Assembly: GCA_964016885.1 (NCBI GenBank)
Contig: OZ024744.1
Span: 113,212,001-113,276,000, forward strand
Direction: 5' to 3'
Length of the DNA stretch: 64,000 bases
DNA from: Eledone cirrhosa
Taxonomy: Eukaryota
The notes beneath the pieces were generated by a model that ran no database searches, had not been told where the DNA came from, and worked only from the letters and a program-made list of their open reading frames with translations. The stretch's first letter is position 1; each line of letters starts with the position of its first letter. Shown here piece after piece: positions 52,670 through 62,884 of this stretch. The translations under genes and the position numbers were made by a program.

Positions 52670-53048
52670 CTACAACAGAAATGAAGGAAAGTACAATTTT
52701 ATTTTAAATAAAAAAACTAAAGAAAAACATTTTCAATTCATCACCATCAGCTCCGCCATCATCATTACTGCCATCACCTTCATCATCACCACCTTCTCCA
52801 GTCTTTTCTCCTGCACACTACATCTTATTCCTTTTATCCCTAGCTTTTCTCTCAGTTCATCAATACTTTGTTGTTCTCTTACATTAACATTGCACATCCA
52901 TCAAAGCATGCTTGCTTCATGATGATGAAGACAGGCAGATAGATAGATAGATAGATAGATAGTCAACTATGCAAGCATGGAAAATAGAGGTTAAACAGTG
53001 ATGATGATGGTATAGATAGATAGGTAGAACTTGCATCATAAAACTTAC

Positions 53049-53349
53049 AATTGTGAATCGTATTACAGCATGTGGTTGAACAAGTTCTCCAGTAACAGGT
53101 CCAAACCTGTCACATATCCTAATATCTGAATCTGGATAAGTCACCTCTGTTTCATCTCTTCCAATCATTGGATCTGACCAGACATTCAAAACTCTTTGAA
53201 TGAGATACCGTTTCATTTTGTCATCATTGTGAATCCGGGGTGGTCTATGCAGGTGGTGTTCAAGAATAACAATTTCTTTTGGTAAACTAAGATCAAGATT
53301 ATCTTTTGATTCTGGTTGACAATCAGTTTCAAGCTTGCTTTTTATCAAC
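53049..53349 (-). CDS. GSTCD: GSTCD exon (301 bp, phase 2-0)
   Basis: tatccag|GTTG...ACAATT|gtaagt; LPKEIVILEHHLHRPPRIHNDDKMKR matches GSTCD IPVEILQLEKKLSEPVRVHNDDKLRR. Confidence 0.92.
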
Positions 53350-54095
53350 CTGGATAATATATAAACAAAATACACAAAATAAATAGATAAAAAAAATTAA
53401 TCTGTGACAGCAAACGATGCTAAATTCTTAGTCACCTATCCCCAGAAGTTTGACCAAATACAATTTAGCATGATGAAATAAATGAGGACATATTTCTTCT
53501 AACAAAATCTGTGGCAGCCTAAAATAACAAATCAACAACATTTGGACATGAGTCTACATGTGAGAACACATATCTGAGGAACTTCCAATTCCAGAGTCAA
53601 GAATGAACATAATTCGATTGCTCCTTGAACTGATTGACAGTGAAACATATGTAATATGTGATTAAATATGTATATGATGCAATACTGATTCTTCGTTCCC
53701 TATTTATTATCATATATATATTACTAACAGTAATAAGGATGTCACGTCTAAAAAAATTTTTCAGACAAGCAACATCCATTGATTGATTATTGAACTCTGC
53801 CAGTTAATTGGTGAAACATATTCTTAAGCAATAATAGAATATGTATGAAAGGATAAGAATAATTACTGAAATTCAGGTATTTACAATTTAAACATGCTGC
53901 CTTTTGGAATTAGATATATGTTCTTACATCCTTTTGTAAATTTTCTCTTGTTCATGTTTGATTTTTTAAGTATATGTCAATCATTTTTTAACTTTATATA
54001 TATATGTGTATGTCTAACCCATGCTAGTGTGGAAGATAGACGTTAAACAATGATGATGATGATGATGATGTAGAAAATATCTGTAGGTGTGAAAT

Positions 54096-54099
<4 letters not shown>

Positions 54100-54127
<28 letters not shown>

Positions 54128-54915
54128 GTTTAACGTCCATGTTCCACGCTTGCATGGGTTTGGACGGGAGTTTTCCCACTTGAGGCAAGAGTGGTTGTCT
54201 TGCTCGCATAGGACTGTCAGGCGGGTTTTCTACGGCTGGATGCCCTTCCTAACACCAACCACATTTACAGTGTGGGTCTGGGAGGTTTTTACCGTGTTGC
54301 CTACACGGCCACATTACAGCGTGGACTGTCTGGCGGGTTTTCTACAGCTGGATGCCCTTCCTAACACCAACCACATTTACAGTGTGGGACTGGGAGGTTT
54401 TTACCGTGTTACCTACACGGTCACATTACAGCGTGGACTGTGTGTTTTTTTTTGTCGTGACACCTACACGATCTCATTTGTTTCAGCCTGGATGTTGTGG
54501 CACCAACGTAACTTTACATTGAAAGGGGCGGTGTGGATGGGGTGGGGGTGGTGTGACGGGGGCGTATTTTGTTAGAGATGCTTACTGACTGTAGTAGGTT
54601 TACTTTGTATTTAGGTAAGGCGGGTCTTCTCTATTACTGAGTACCGCCAAAGATCTCGGTCCAGTGACATTGTCTTGGAGAGGTGTAAGTGTGTGAGGTC
54701 GGAATTTATCAGGTTGTCCCAGGTTTTTCTGGGTCTGCCTACTCCGTGGCTACCGTCTATCTTTATTGCCCTGCACTTTTTTATACAGCTGTCGTCTTTC
54801 ATGCGCATCACGTGACCATACCAACGTAGCCTTCTCTTGAGTAAACAACATCTGATCCTTCTTATTTCTAATTTTTCCCTTAGTTCGTTTATGCTTTGCC
54901 GTTCACGTATATTAC
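54100..54915 (-). mobile_element. RTE LINE 3' end with (GAT)n tail and an internal ~115-bp duplication
   Basis: RLRWYGHVMRMKDDSCIKKCRAIKIDGSHGVGRPRKTWDN; same family as 11862-13210; gcgggttttctac.gctggatgcccttcctaacaccaaccacatttacagtgtggg occurs twice. Confidence 0.88.
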
Positions 54916-54936
54916 TATATATATAAACAATTAAGT

Positions 54937-54973
<37 letters not shown>

Positions 54974-54974
54974 T

Positions 54975-56100
54975 ATAAGTAGAAGGGATATTTAATTTGT
55001 TGGAAATTCAACAAATATAAATGTTTATAACTGATTCAGAGCACTCGACAGATTTCTGGAGTAAATATTCAATGATATTAAATAAATGTAAACTATATTT
55101 ATAAAACCATATTTATTCTATTATATATATTTCAAGGGTACCAAAAACTTTGGTACGCTTTCATCAGATAAAATACAAAGAGTGTTTTATAAATTTTGAC
55201 ATAGCCAAGGAAACATACCTTATCAGTTGAATTTTCCTTGGGTAGTGAGATTAAAGAATGGATTTTCAAACTTATGGATGAGTATGCAAATGAATATGTA
55301 AATAAGGTTGAGTTATATGATTGAAAAACCGTTATTTTAAACACTATGGAAAGTTTAGATATATTAGTAAGAGAGAAAGAAAGAAAAAAGAAAAAAGGAA
55401 AAAAAAGAAAGAAAAAGAAGAAGAAGAAGGAAAAGGAAAAAGAAGACCACTTATATACATTAATTTGGGGGAAATAAATTTGAATATTTACCTATATTAT
55501 GTATATATTTATATGGAGAATTATGTTTGTAAGTATTTATCTTATTATAATATTGTAGTGGGTTAAATATATAAATATCTATATATATTTTAACCCATGC
55601 TAGCGTGGAAAGTGGACATTAAACGAGGATGATGATGATGATGATGAATAGCATATGTATTTTTATTAAAAAGATAATTTGCAATTATTAGTTGTTTATA
55701 ATATGAGTTACGAGGGATGTTGATTTTGTGTTTTATGTAGATAAAAAAATAAATAAATAGGTAGTTAAAATTATGAATTTATATATTTGGATAACTTGTT
55801 CGGCTTTGAGAATGTTTTAAATTAACGGAGTTAGGTATATAATAATATAATAAGTTTATATGATTGAGAAAGGAAAGATAACTCCAATTTTATTTGTTAA
55901 TCGATAAATTTTTTAAGAGTTAGTGTGAGATTAATTAATTATTTAGTCGAAAGAAATATGAATGTTTAAACATCGTCTTGAATAGGATACATTTTCCTAA
56001 AGTCAGTTAATGGTTATTAATCTACGTTTACAAAAATAGCTTTAGAGTGTGTCATTGGTAAAATAAAGAATTAAAACATTAAAAAATTAAAATTAAAATT
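54975..56100 (-). mobile_element. Possible highly decayed Penelope-like RT remnants
   Basis: AT-rich fragments such as KTFSKPNKLSKYIN resemble the PLE thumb motif (Y.KP....YI...S.HP); adjacent to clearer PLE pieces. Weak. Confidence 0.35.
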
Positions 56101-56138
56101 ATATAGATATACATAAATATATATAAATATCTATACAC

Positions 56139-56175
<37 letters not shown>

Positions 56176-56267
56176 ACGAAGGAAATGTGGTAAGGAACCA
56201 GGTGGACCATAACGCACCAAAGTACTCAATACTTAGGGTAGTAGAGTAGGTAATAGGACAAAGTAAG

Positions 56268-56361
56268 ACCCCGACGGCTGAGCTCAAGCCGTTTCGACGG
56301 CTAATTCTGGACTGAATGAAAATTTATTCTGGTATTTAAATAGCCGAGCTTATCAAGGGGT
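56268..56361 (-). ncRNA. Candidate type I hammerhead ribozyme with U3-A8 covariant core
   Basis: RNA: ACCCC UUGAUAA G-CU-CGGCUA [37-nt loop] UAGCCG-U-C GAAA CGGCU UGAGCUC AGCCG UC^ GGGGU; stems I, II, III all pair; GUC cleavage triplet. Confidence 0.75.
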
Positions 56362-56589
56362 AATTCCATATATGGTCAAAGAGATAATCACCAAGATTGG
56401 TCACATCACAAGTTAGTAGTAAATCTGTGATGGCAAATTGGTGGGGGAAGGGGTAGCTGAACCTGCCGGTAGGAGAAAAGGGGAGAGGGGGTGGAGTAGA
56501 CCCATTCATGCGTTGGTAGTGCCGGCTACAGCTGGGTGTGAGGTCAAAGAGGATACTGGGGAGGGGGAGGAAGTCGAAACGGTAAGTAG

Positions 56590-56620
<31 letters not shown>

Positions 56621-56742
56621 TATAAGAAATTTTTGCTGAAAGGTGAAAGTACTACAAATATTAGAGATATTATGATTTATTAATATATAAAAAATTTAAA
56701 TTGTTAAAAAAGATAGGATCATTTTGACAATTTATAGGAATA

Positions 56743-57192
56743 TTATAAATTACACATACTTCTGAATGTAGAATTTTGGCGATGTCTGCAAGAATTAAAT
56801 AATTCTGTCCTGAGATTAATAGAGTTTTGACAGTTAATTATATAAAAAATTTCTTCAATACACAATTTACAGAATTTTGATAAAGCCATATTTCGGTACA
56901 CAGGTTCCATATAAGATGTGAAAGAGAAGTAGAAGATTTTTTTATCAGATCTTCTGAAAGAATGATTATGGTTATTCCAGCAATCTTTAAATTTTGTAGA
57001 AGTGGCACCGACATAGTTAAATATATTATCACTAGTTTTAACATCAAAACAAATATTGTTATACTTGGGGAGGGTCATGTTGTAATAATATTGCCAGAAA
57101 TAATAACGGAACACACTCACTGTTTGGTTGGTTTTTGCTTCTGTATCTTTTATATCTCCATAGTTAATTTATTTGGCAATTAATGTTTATCA
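56743..57192 (-). mobile_element. Penelope-like GIY-YIG endonuclease fragment
   Basis: NYVGATSTKFKDCWNNHNHSFR, SSTSLSHLIW, SKFCKLCIEEIFYII, NLRTELFNSCRHR; its upstream ~135 bp (57058-57192) is inverted-repeated at 58210-58343. Confidence 0.85.
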
Positions 57193-57294
57193 GTGATTGA
57201 CCAATGGTTAAAAATACAGATCTAAATATATATATAGTCTATACATATAGTCTATATAATGTGTTATATGTGTTATATGTGTTATATGAACCCC

Positions 57295-57988
57295 CAGATA
57301 AATTGTAAAACTAGAAATGTAGTCTATAGCAGGGGTTCTCAACCTGGTCCATGTGGACCACTAGTGGTCCACAGGAAAATTCAGGTGGTCCACAGAAAAT
57401 TTTCAATAGCAAATTCTTTTTTGATCCATGCATTTGACTTAAAGCGCTGTTCTTATTCTTCGCATAAGTACGACTTCAGCTGTTTATTTGCATAGATTTT
57501 TAGGCACTGCGACATGATAATAACATTTTCTAATTCATTGGAAAAAAAACATCTACTGATTTAAAAGATTTAAAAGTTTAGATGGTCCACAGGAAAAAAT
57601 TACTTATTTTGGTGGTCCACAGCGAAAAAAAGGTTGAGAACCCCTGGTCTATAGCATAAGATGTACAGAGGGTACATGCAGAAGCATGACAATGACATTC
57701 ATAGGTGAGACAGCTCGAAGCATAGGAGAAAGAAAAGACCAACACTGGGGGGAACTAAAAGGACAAAAAAACGGTTCAGTACTATACGAACATGCCAGAC
57801 AAAGACATGATGGTAACATAGACAATATAGAAATTAAAATACTAACTAAACATAGAAATGACTCAACAGGTAGGCAAATCAGAGAAGCAACTGAGATAGA
57901 ACTAAGAAGACCGAAGTTGAACAGAAAAAATGAATGGAATAACAACAACCATACCCAAACAAACAATACTGACTTAAGGGAAATATAA
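57295..57988 (+). mobile_element. Second Penelope-like GIY-YIG endonuclease fragment, interrupted by a MITE
   Basis: Removing 57330-57654 restores INCKTRNVVYSIRCTEGTCRSMTMTFIGETARSIGERKDQH...RQIREATEI...LNRKNEW. Confidence 0.85.
57330..57646. mobile_element. hAT-superfamily MITE (317 bp)
   Basis: 16-bp TIRs caggggttctcaacct / aggttgagaacccctg; perfect 8-bp TSD gtctatag at 57322-57329 and 57647-57654. Confidence 0.95.
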
Positions 57989-58358
57989 ATAAATAAATAA
58001 ATATATACACAAGTACAATAACAACAAACACATATAAACACACACTAGTGAACAAAGATAGAATACAAAAACAAAAACACATACACTCAAACACACGCAA
58101 ATGCATGCACAGAGACAGAGACAAGAATAAATAAATAAATAAATAAAATAAAAATGGCGTAGAAATTACAATACAATGGGAGGAAACATAATAGTACCAC
58201 TGATGATGTTGATAAACATTGATTGCCAAATAAATTAACTATGGAGATATAAAAGATACAGAAGCGAAAACCAACCAAACAGTGATTGTGTTCTGTTATT
58301 ATTTTTGGCAATGTTATTACAATATGAAACTCCCCAAGTATAATAATATATATATATA

Positions 58359-58434
58359 TGTCTGAAGAGCTGTATCTTTCCATTGGAAATTCTCTGTATT
58401 TCCAATTTTTTGATCAGCGAAACCGTCGGTCACG
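58359..58434 (+). ncRNA. Candidate minimal type I hammerhead ribozyme
   Basis: UGU CUGAAGA GCUG...CAGC GAAA CCG U CGG UC^ ACG; canonical core, 4-bp stem II, near-palindromic stem III, short stem I. Confidence 0.7.
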
Positions 58435-58565
58435 GCATTAGAAGAGGTGAATATTTAAATTGTATTTTAATTTATTTAAAAGATTGTTTAATGTTTGCTT
58501 GTTCCGCTCATATATATATATATTTATTTCACACCTACAGATATTTTCTACACATATATATATAT

Positions 58566-58935
58566 AGCGAAGTAGTTTCAGATGTTCAAGTCCTTTAATA
58601 ATAATGCTGTGATATATATTTCAATGACGACACTGGCCACACTGTTCTATGTGCGAGTGTCGTGACATCATCAGACAGCTTGTTACATAATAAGGTTGTT
58701 TCCGAGGCAATCCAAATTGAATCGACAAGGGAACGGATGAAAAACCCAAAAGCACGAACTTCATCTGTTCCCTTGTCGATTCAATTTGGATTGCCTCGGA
58801 AACAACCTTATTATGTAACAAGCTGTCTGATGATGTCACGACACTCGCACACAGAACAGTGTGGCCAGTGTCGTCACTGAAATATATATCACAGCATTAT
58901 TATTAAAGGACTTGAACATCTGAAACTACTTCGCT
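58566..58935. repeat. Near-perfect palindrome (176-bp arms, 18-nt loop), probably a foldback/MITE element
   Basis: 58566-58741 is the reverse complement of 58760-58935 with three mismatches seen; no clear TSD. Confidence 0.95.
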
Positions 58936-59110
58936 TTTACTTATTCGATATTTACTCCGTCACTCCTATGTGGAAAAAGTACGTTGAGTGCTTGAATTGA
59001 ATTGCATCAATGTTTACCCTAATATATATATATATATGTAGTGGGGACATGGATTTCTTTCTTCACACCACTCGCTGCCACTATCAGCAACGTCATCAAA
59101 TTATTCTTAC

Positions 59111-59181
59111 CTCACTTGAGTAATTGCCGACATTATTGCACATGGAAATTCTAATTCACACAGTTTTGTCCAACTGGAAAC
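59111..59181 (-). CDS. GSTCD: GSTCD exon (71 bp, phase 0-2)
   Basis: ttcttccag|GTTTCC...GTGAG|gtaaga; VSSWTKLCELEFPCAI matches GSTCD VSQWTRLCELTIPLAI. Confidence 0.92.
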
Positions 59182-59456
59182 CTGGAAGAAACAAACAAAA
59201 ACATTATTATTTTTGAATATCCATAAAAACGTGAATATCTCAACAGTATAGTTTATATGTAACATTGTGAGGTATGTAATATATAATAGTGTTGGGAAAG
59301 TTGGTACAATGTAGATAGATATATATATATAGAGATAGAACTGGGATAAAAGGTATGACAAAACTAAATATATATTAAATAGTTTATATGTAACATTGGG
59401 AGGTATGTAATATATATACAACTACACCTCTGTGGTTGTGTGCTTGTCTGTAATTT

Positions 59457-59641
59457 AATTGTTTCTTCTTTAGGCACAAGGCCAGCAATTACCCAGTACA
59501 TTACTGGTACTTTATTTTATCGACCTCGTAAGGATGAAAAGCAAAGTTAACCTCGGCGGGATTTGAACTCAGACCATAAAGGAACGTAACTATGCTGGAA
59601 AGCATGTCCGACCCTCTACCGATACTGCCAATTCACCGTCC
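59457..59641 (-). mobile_element. tRNA-derived SINE family 1 copy
   Basis: Colinear with 3931-4116; ttgtctgtaatttaat occurs on both sides (possible TSD, ~59443 and ~59642). Confidence 0.85.
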
Positions 59642-59692
59642 TTGTCTGTAATTTAATACAACTAAAACAGCTTATAATGGGAAAATACTTTG

Positions 59693-59851
59693 GAAGAGAG
59701 AGAGAGAAGGAGACAGAGAAGGAAAATGGAAGAGAGAGAGAGAGCGAGAAGGAGACAGAGATGGAAGAGAGAGAGAGAGAGAGAAGGAGACGGAGAAGGA
59801 AAATGGAAGAGAGAGAGAGAGAGAAGGAAGGAAAATGGAAGAGAGAGAGAG
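59693..59851. repeat. GA-rich microsatellite
   Basis: (GA)n runs with ggaaaatggaa interruptions. Confidence 0.9.
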
Positions 59852-60047
59852 CTGTGGTGTGGTTGAATGAAATTATAATAAGTGACTTCAAAGAATCAAA
59901 TACATCATTACTGTAGCTAACTCGAATTTGGTGACTGAATACTAAGTCATATGTGTCATATGTATCATATAATTTGTGTTAGGACAGGGAAGAGTTTCTA
60001 AGTGTGTGTGTGTCTGTGACCAGTGTATATAGGTCACAGACACCTAG

Positions 60048-60078
<31 letters not shown>

Positions 60079-60164
60079 CACATATATACACACACATATA
60101 TATATGTATACACACACACATATATATAGGCCTTCCAATTTCATTTTCAATTATATACATACTT

Positions 60165-60504
60165 CATTTCATTCATTTCATTTTACGTCCGCTTTTTCCC
60201 TGCTTGCAAGGGTGGGACGGGAACTGATTTTGGCTTGATTTCTACAGCTGGATGCCCTTCCTAACACCAACCTCATTTACAGTGAGTGCTGGGTGCTTTT
60301 TTTCCGTGGCACCTCCACAACCACTTTGCAGTGGAATGATAGGGCCCCCAGTCCCTATCATCTCATTTCTACAGCTGAGTAAACTGGAGCAATGTGAAAT
60401 AAAGTGTCTTGCTCAAGGAAACAACACATCACCCGGTCTGAGAATTGAACTCACAACCTTTCGATTGCAAGGCCAATGCTCTAACCCCTAAGCCATGTAC
60501 CCCC
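60165..60504 (-). mobile_element. Full-length CORE-type tRNA SINE (family 2)
   Basis: Near-identical reverse complement of 16123-16457. Confidence 0.9.
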
Positions 60505-60736
60505 ATGCTTGTATATTTTAATTATTTAAAAATTATTTATAATGGAATATAACTTTTTTTTAAATGTTTTTAAGTGAACATGACCCAACAGGTCACAGAT
60601 GGTCTAGTGTGTAAGACTGTTGGGGAAGTTGGTACAATGTAGATATATAGAGATGGGGCTGGGATAAAAGGGATGACAAATTAATATTTTTACCCTATAT
60701 ATTTTGTGGTATTTCAACATAAAGACCTTCTTTTCA

Positions 60737-61836
60737 ATGTGGTGTGTTATGTTACAGTGGTGGTGGTGGTGGTGGTGGTGGTGGTGGTGGTGTTACAGTG
60801 GTGGTATGTTACAGTGGTGGTGTGTTATGTTCCAGTGGTGGTGTTATGTTACAGTGATGGTGTGTTACAGTGGTGGTGTGTTACAGTGGTGGTGTGTTAC
60901 AGTGGTGGTGTGTTACAGTGGTGGTGTGTTATGTTACAGTGGTGGTGTGTTATGTTACAGTGGTGGTGTGTTACAGTGGTGTTATGTTACAGTGGTGGTG
61001 GTATGTTACAGTGGTGGTGTGTTATGTTACAGTGGTGGTGTTATGTTACAGTGGTGGTGGTATGTTACAGTGGTGGTGTGTTACAGTGGTGGTGTGTTAC
61101 AGTGGTGGTGTGTTATAGTGGTGGTATGTTACAGTGCTGGTATGTTACAGTGGTGGTGTGTTACAGTGGTGGTGTGTTACAGCGGTGGTGTGTTACAGTG
61201 GTGGTGTGTTACAGTGGTGGTGTGTTATAGTGGTGGTGTGTTACAGCGGTGGTGTGTTACAGTGGTGGTGTTATGTTACAGTGGTGGTGTGTTACAGTGG
61301 TGGTATGTTACAGTGGTGGTGTGTTACAGCGGTGGTGTGTTACAGTGGTGGTATGTTACAGTGCTGGTGTGTTACAGTGGTGGTATGTTACAGTGGTGGT
61401 GTGTTACAGCGGTGGTGTGTTAGTGGTGGTGTTATGTTACAGTGGTGGTATGTTACAGTGGTGGTGTGTTACAGTGGTGGTGTGTTACAGTGGTGGTGTG
61501 TTACAGTGGTGGTGTGTTACAGTGGTGGTGTTATGTTACAGTGGTGGTGTGTTATAGTGGTATGGTATGTTACAGTGGTGTTGTTATGTTACAGTGGTGG
61601 TGTGTTGTTACATTGGTGGTGTGTTACAGTGGTGGTGTTATGTTACAGTGGTGGTGTGTTATGTTACAGTGGTAGTGTGTTATGTTACAGTGGTGGTGTG
61701 TTACAGTGGTGGTGTTATGTTACAGTGGTGGTGTGTTATGTTACAGTGGTAGTGTGTTATGTTACAGTGGTGGTGTTATGTTACAGTGGTAGTGTGTTGT
61801 GTTACAGTGGTGGTGTGTTACAGTGATGGTGTGTTA
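60737..61836. repeat. GT-rich minisatellite (~16-21 bp units, gtggtggtgtgttaca)
   Basis: Visible tandem units with gttat insertions. Confidence 0.95.
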
Positions 61837-61906
61837 TATTAAAATTAATTTCTCTCGAGATATATAGGGTTGGGGGGTGCCTGGTAAAAGTATGTCTGTT
61901 TGTTCA

Positions 61907-62145
61907 TCTATATATCTAAAACAGAGAATGTCTGTCTGTCCCCTTAAAACTCGAGAACCACCCAACCAATTGTTTTCAAACCTTACACATGTAATATGGT
62001 CGCGTGACTGTTTTGAGCAAAATATATTTCAAATTTTCAATGCCCTAGGGACCACATTAGTCACCGGAACGTCACGCCGTTATAATATCTGTCTGTATGT
62101 CTGGCTGTCTGCATTACGAAATTATGACTTCGCTATCTGTGTGTG

Positions 62146-62194
<49 letters not shown>

Positions 62195-62734
62195 ATATAT
62201 ATATATATTCTTCTCATTGCTGACGTATTATCTTTGCTATTTTACGCTCATTGCCAGGGAAAGTCTTCACAAACCAAAGTATCGTCTTTCTGTTTCCCTT
62301 CGGTTGCAACGTTTTTCAAGATATTTACTTCTGCGTTCACAGATTGATTTTTATAGTTTCAGAAGATCCTGTTAAGGGTGAAAGCAGCGATTCTTTGCTT
62401 GAATTTTAATTTGTTATTTTAATATATATATATAAATAATTATATATTTGCGTAGAGATATTTTTGCATACACAATAGCAAAATATAAACAAACCTATGT
62501 ATTTCACAAGGCTCGACAGCAGCAAAAACAAAAACAAAAAAGAAAGGGAACGCAATTACATGCTTTTGAAAAAACTTAATAGAAAATTATTTGCCTATTC
62601 ACCCAAGGCGACTTCCTTTTTCATTAGGACTTCTGCATCAATTGGTGAACATACGACGAAACTGTTTCAGAAAGGAGGGATAAACATGCCAATCTATGTT
62701 TAGAATCCCGAGCAACGCCGGGCCATTCTGCTAG
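61907..62734 (+). mobile_element. Non-autonomous Helitron
   Basis: A|TCTATATATCTAAAAC 5' end; 3' hairpin cccgagcaacgccggg followed by ...ctgCTAG|T; A/T target, no TSD; internal (TA)n. Confidence 0.8.
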
Positions 62735-62758
62735 TTCTTACTGTAAACATGGACTTAC

Positions 62759-62794
62759 CTCTGCACAAGCTTTCAGACTTCCTCCACGGAATCC
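62759..62794 (-). CDS. GSTCD: GSTCD micro-exon (36 bp, phase 0-0); upstream exons lie beyond the window
   Basis: gtttcag|GGATTC...GCAGAG|gtaagt; GFRGGSLKACAE matches GSTCD GFKKTCLKACAE and joins in frame to VSSWTKLCE. Confidence 0.9.
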
Positions 62795-62884
62795 CTGAAA
62801 CAATAAAGTTAATGCTTGAATGAATTAAAATTTTTCAAAACATAATCAGAAAATGAAACAAAGTAAAATGTAGAATATGTTTAT

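Noticed and set aside
58196-58210. CUGAUGA motif after the plus-strand GIY-YIG fragment
   Set aside because: No stem II or GAAA follows; at most a truncated remnant.
58621-58880. Near-identical 72-aa ORFs on both strands
   Set aside because: A direct consequence of the palindrome.
60704-61826. Overlapping Val/Trp/Cys-rich ORFs
   Set aside because: GT-rich minisatellite that lacks stop codons by composition.
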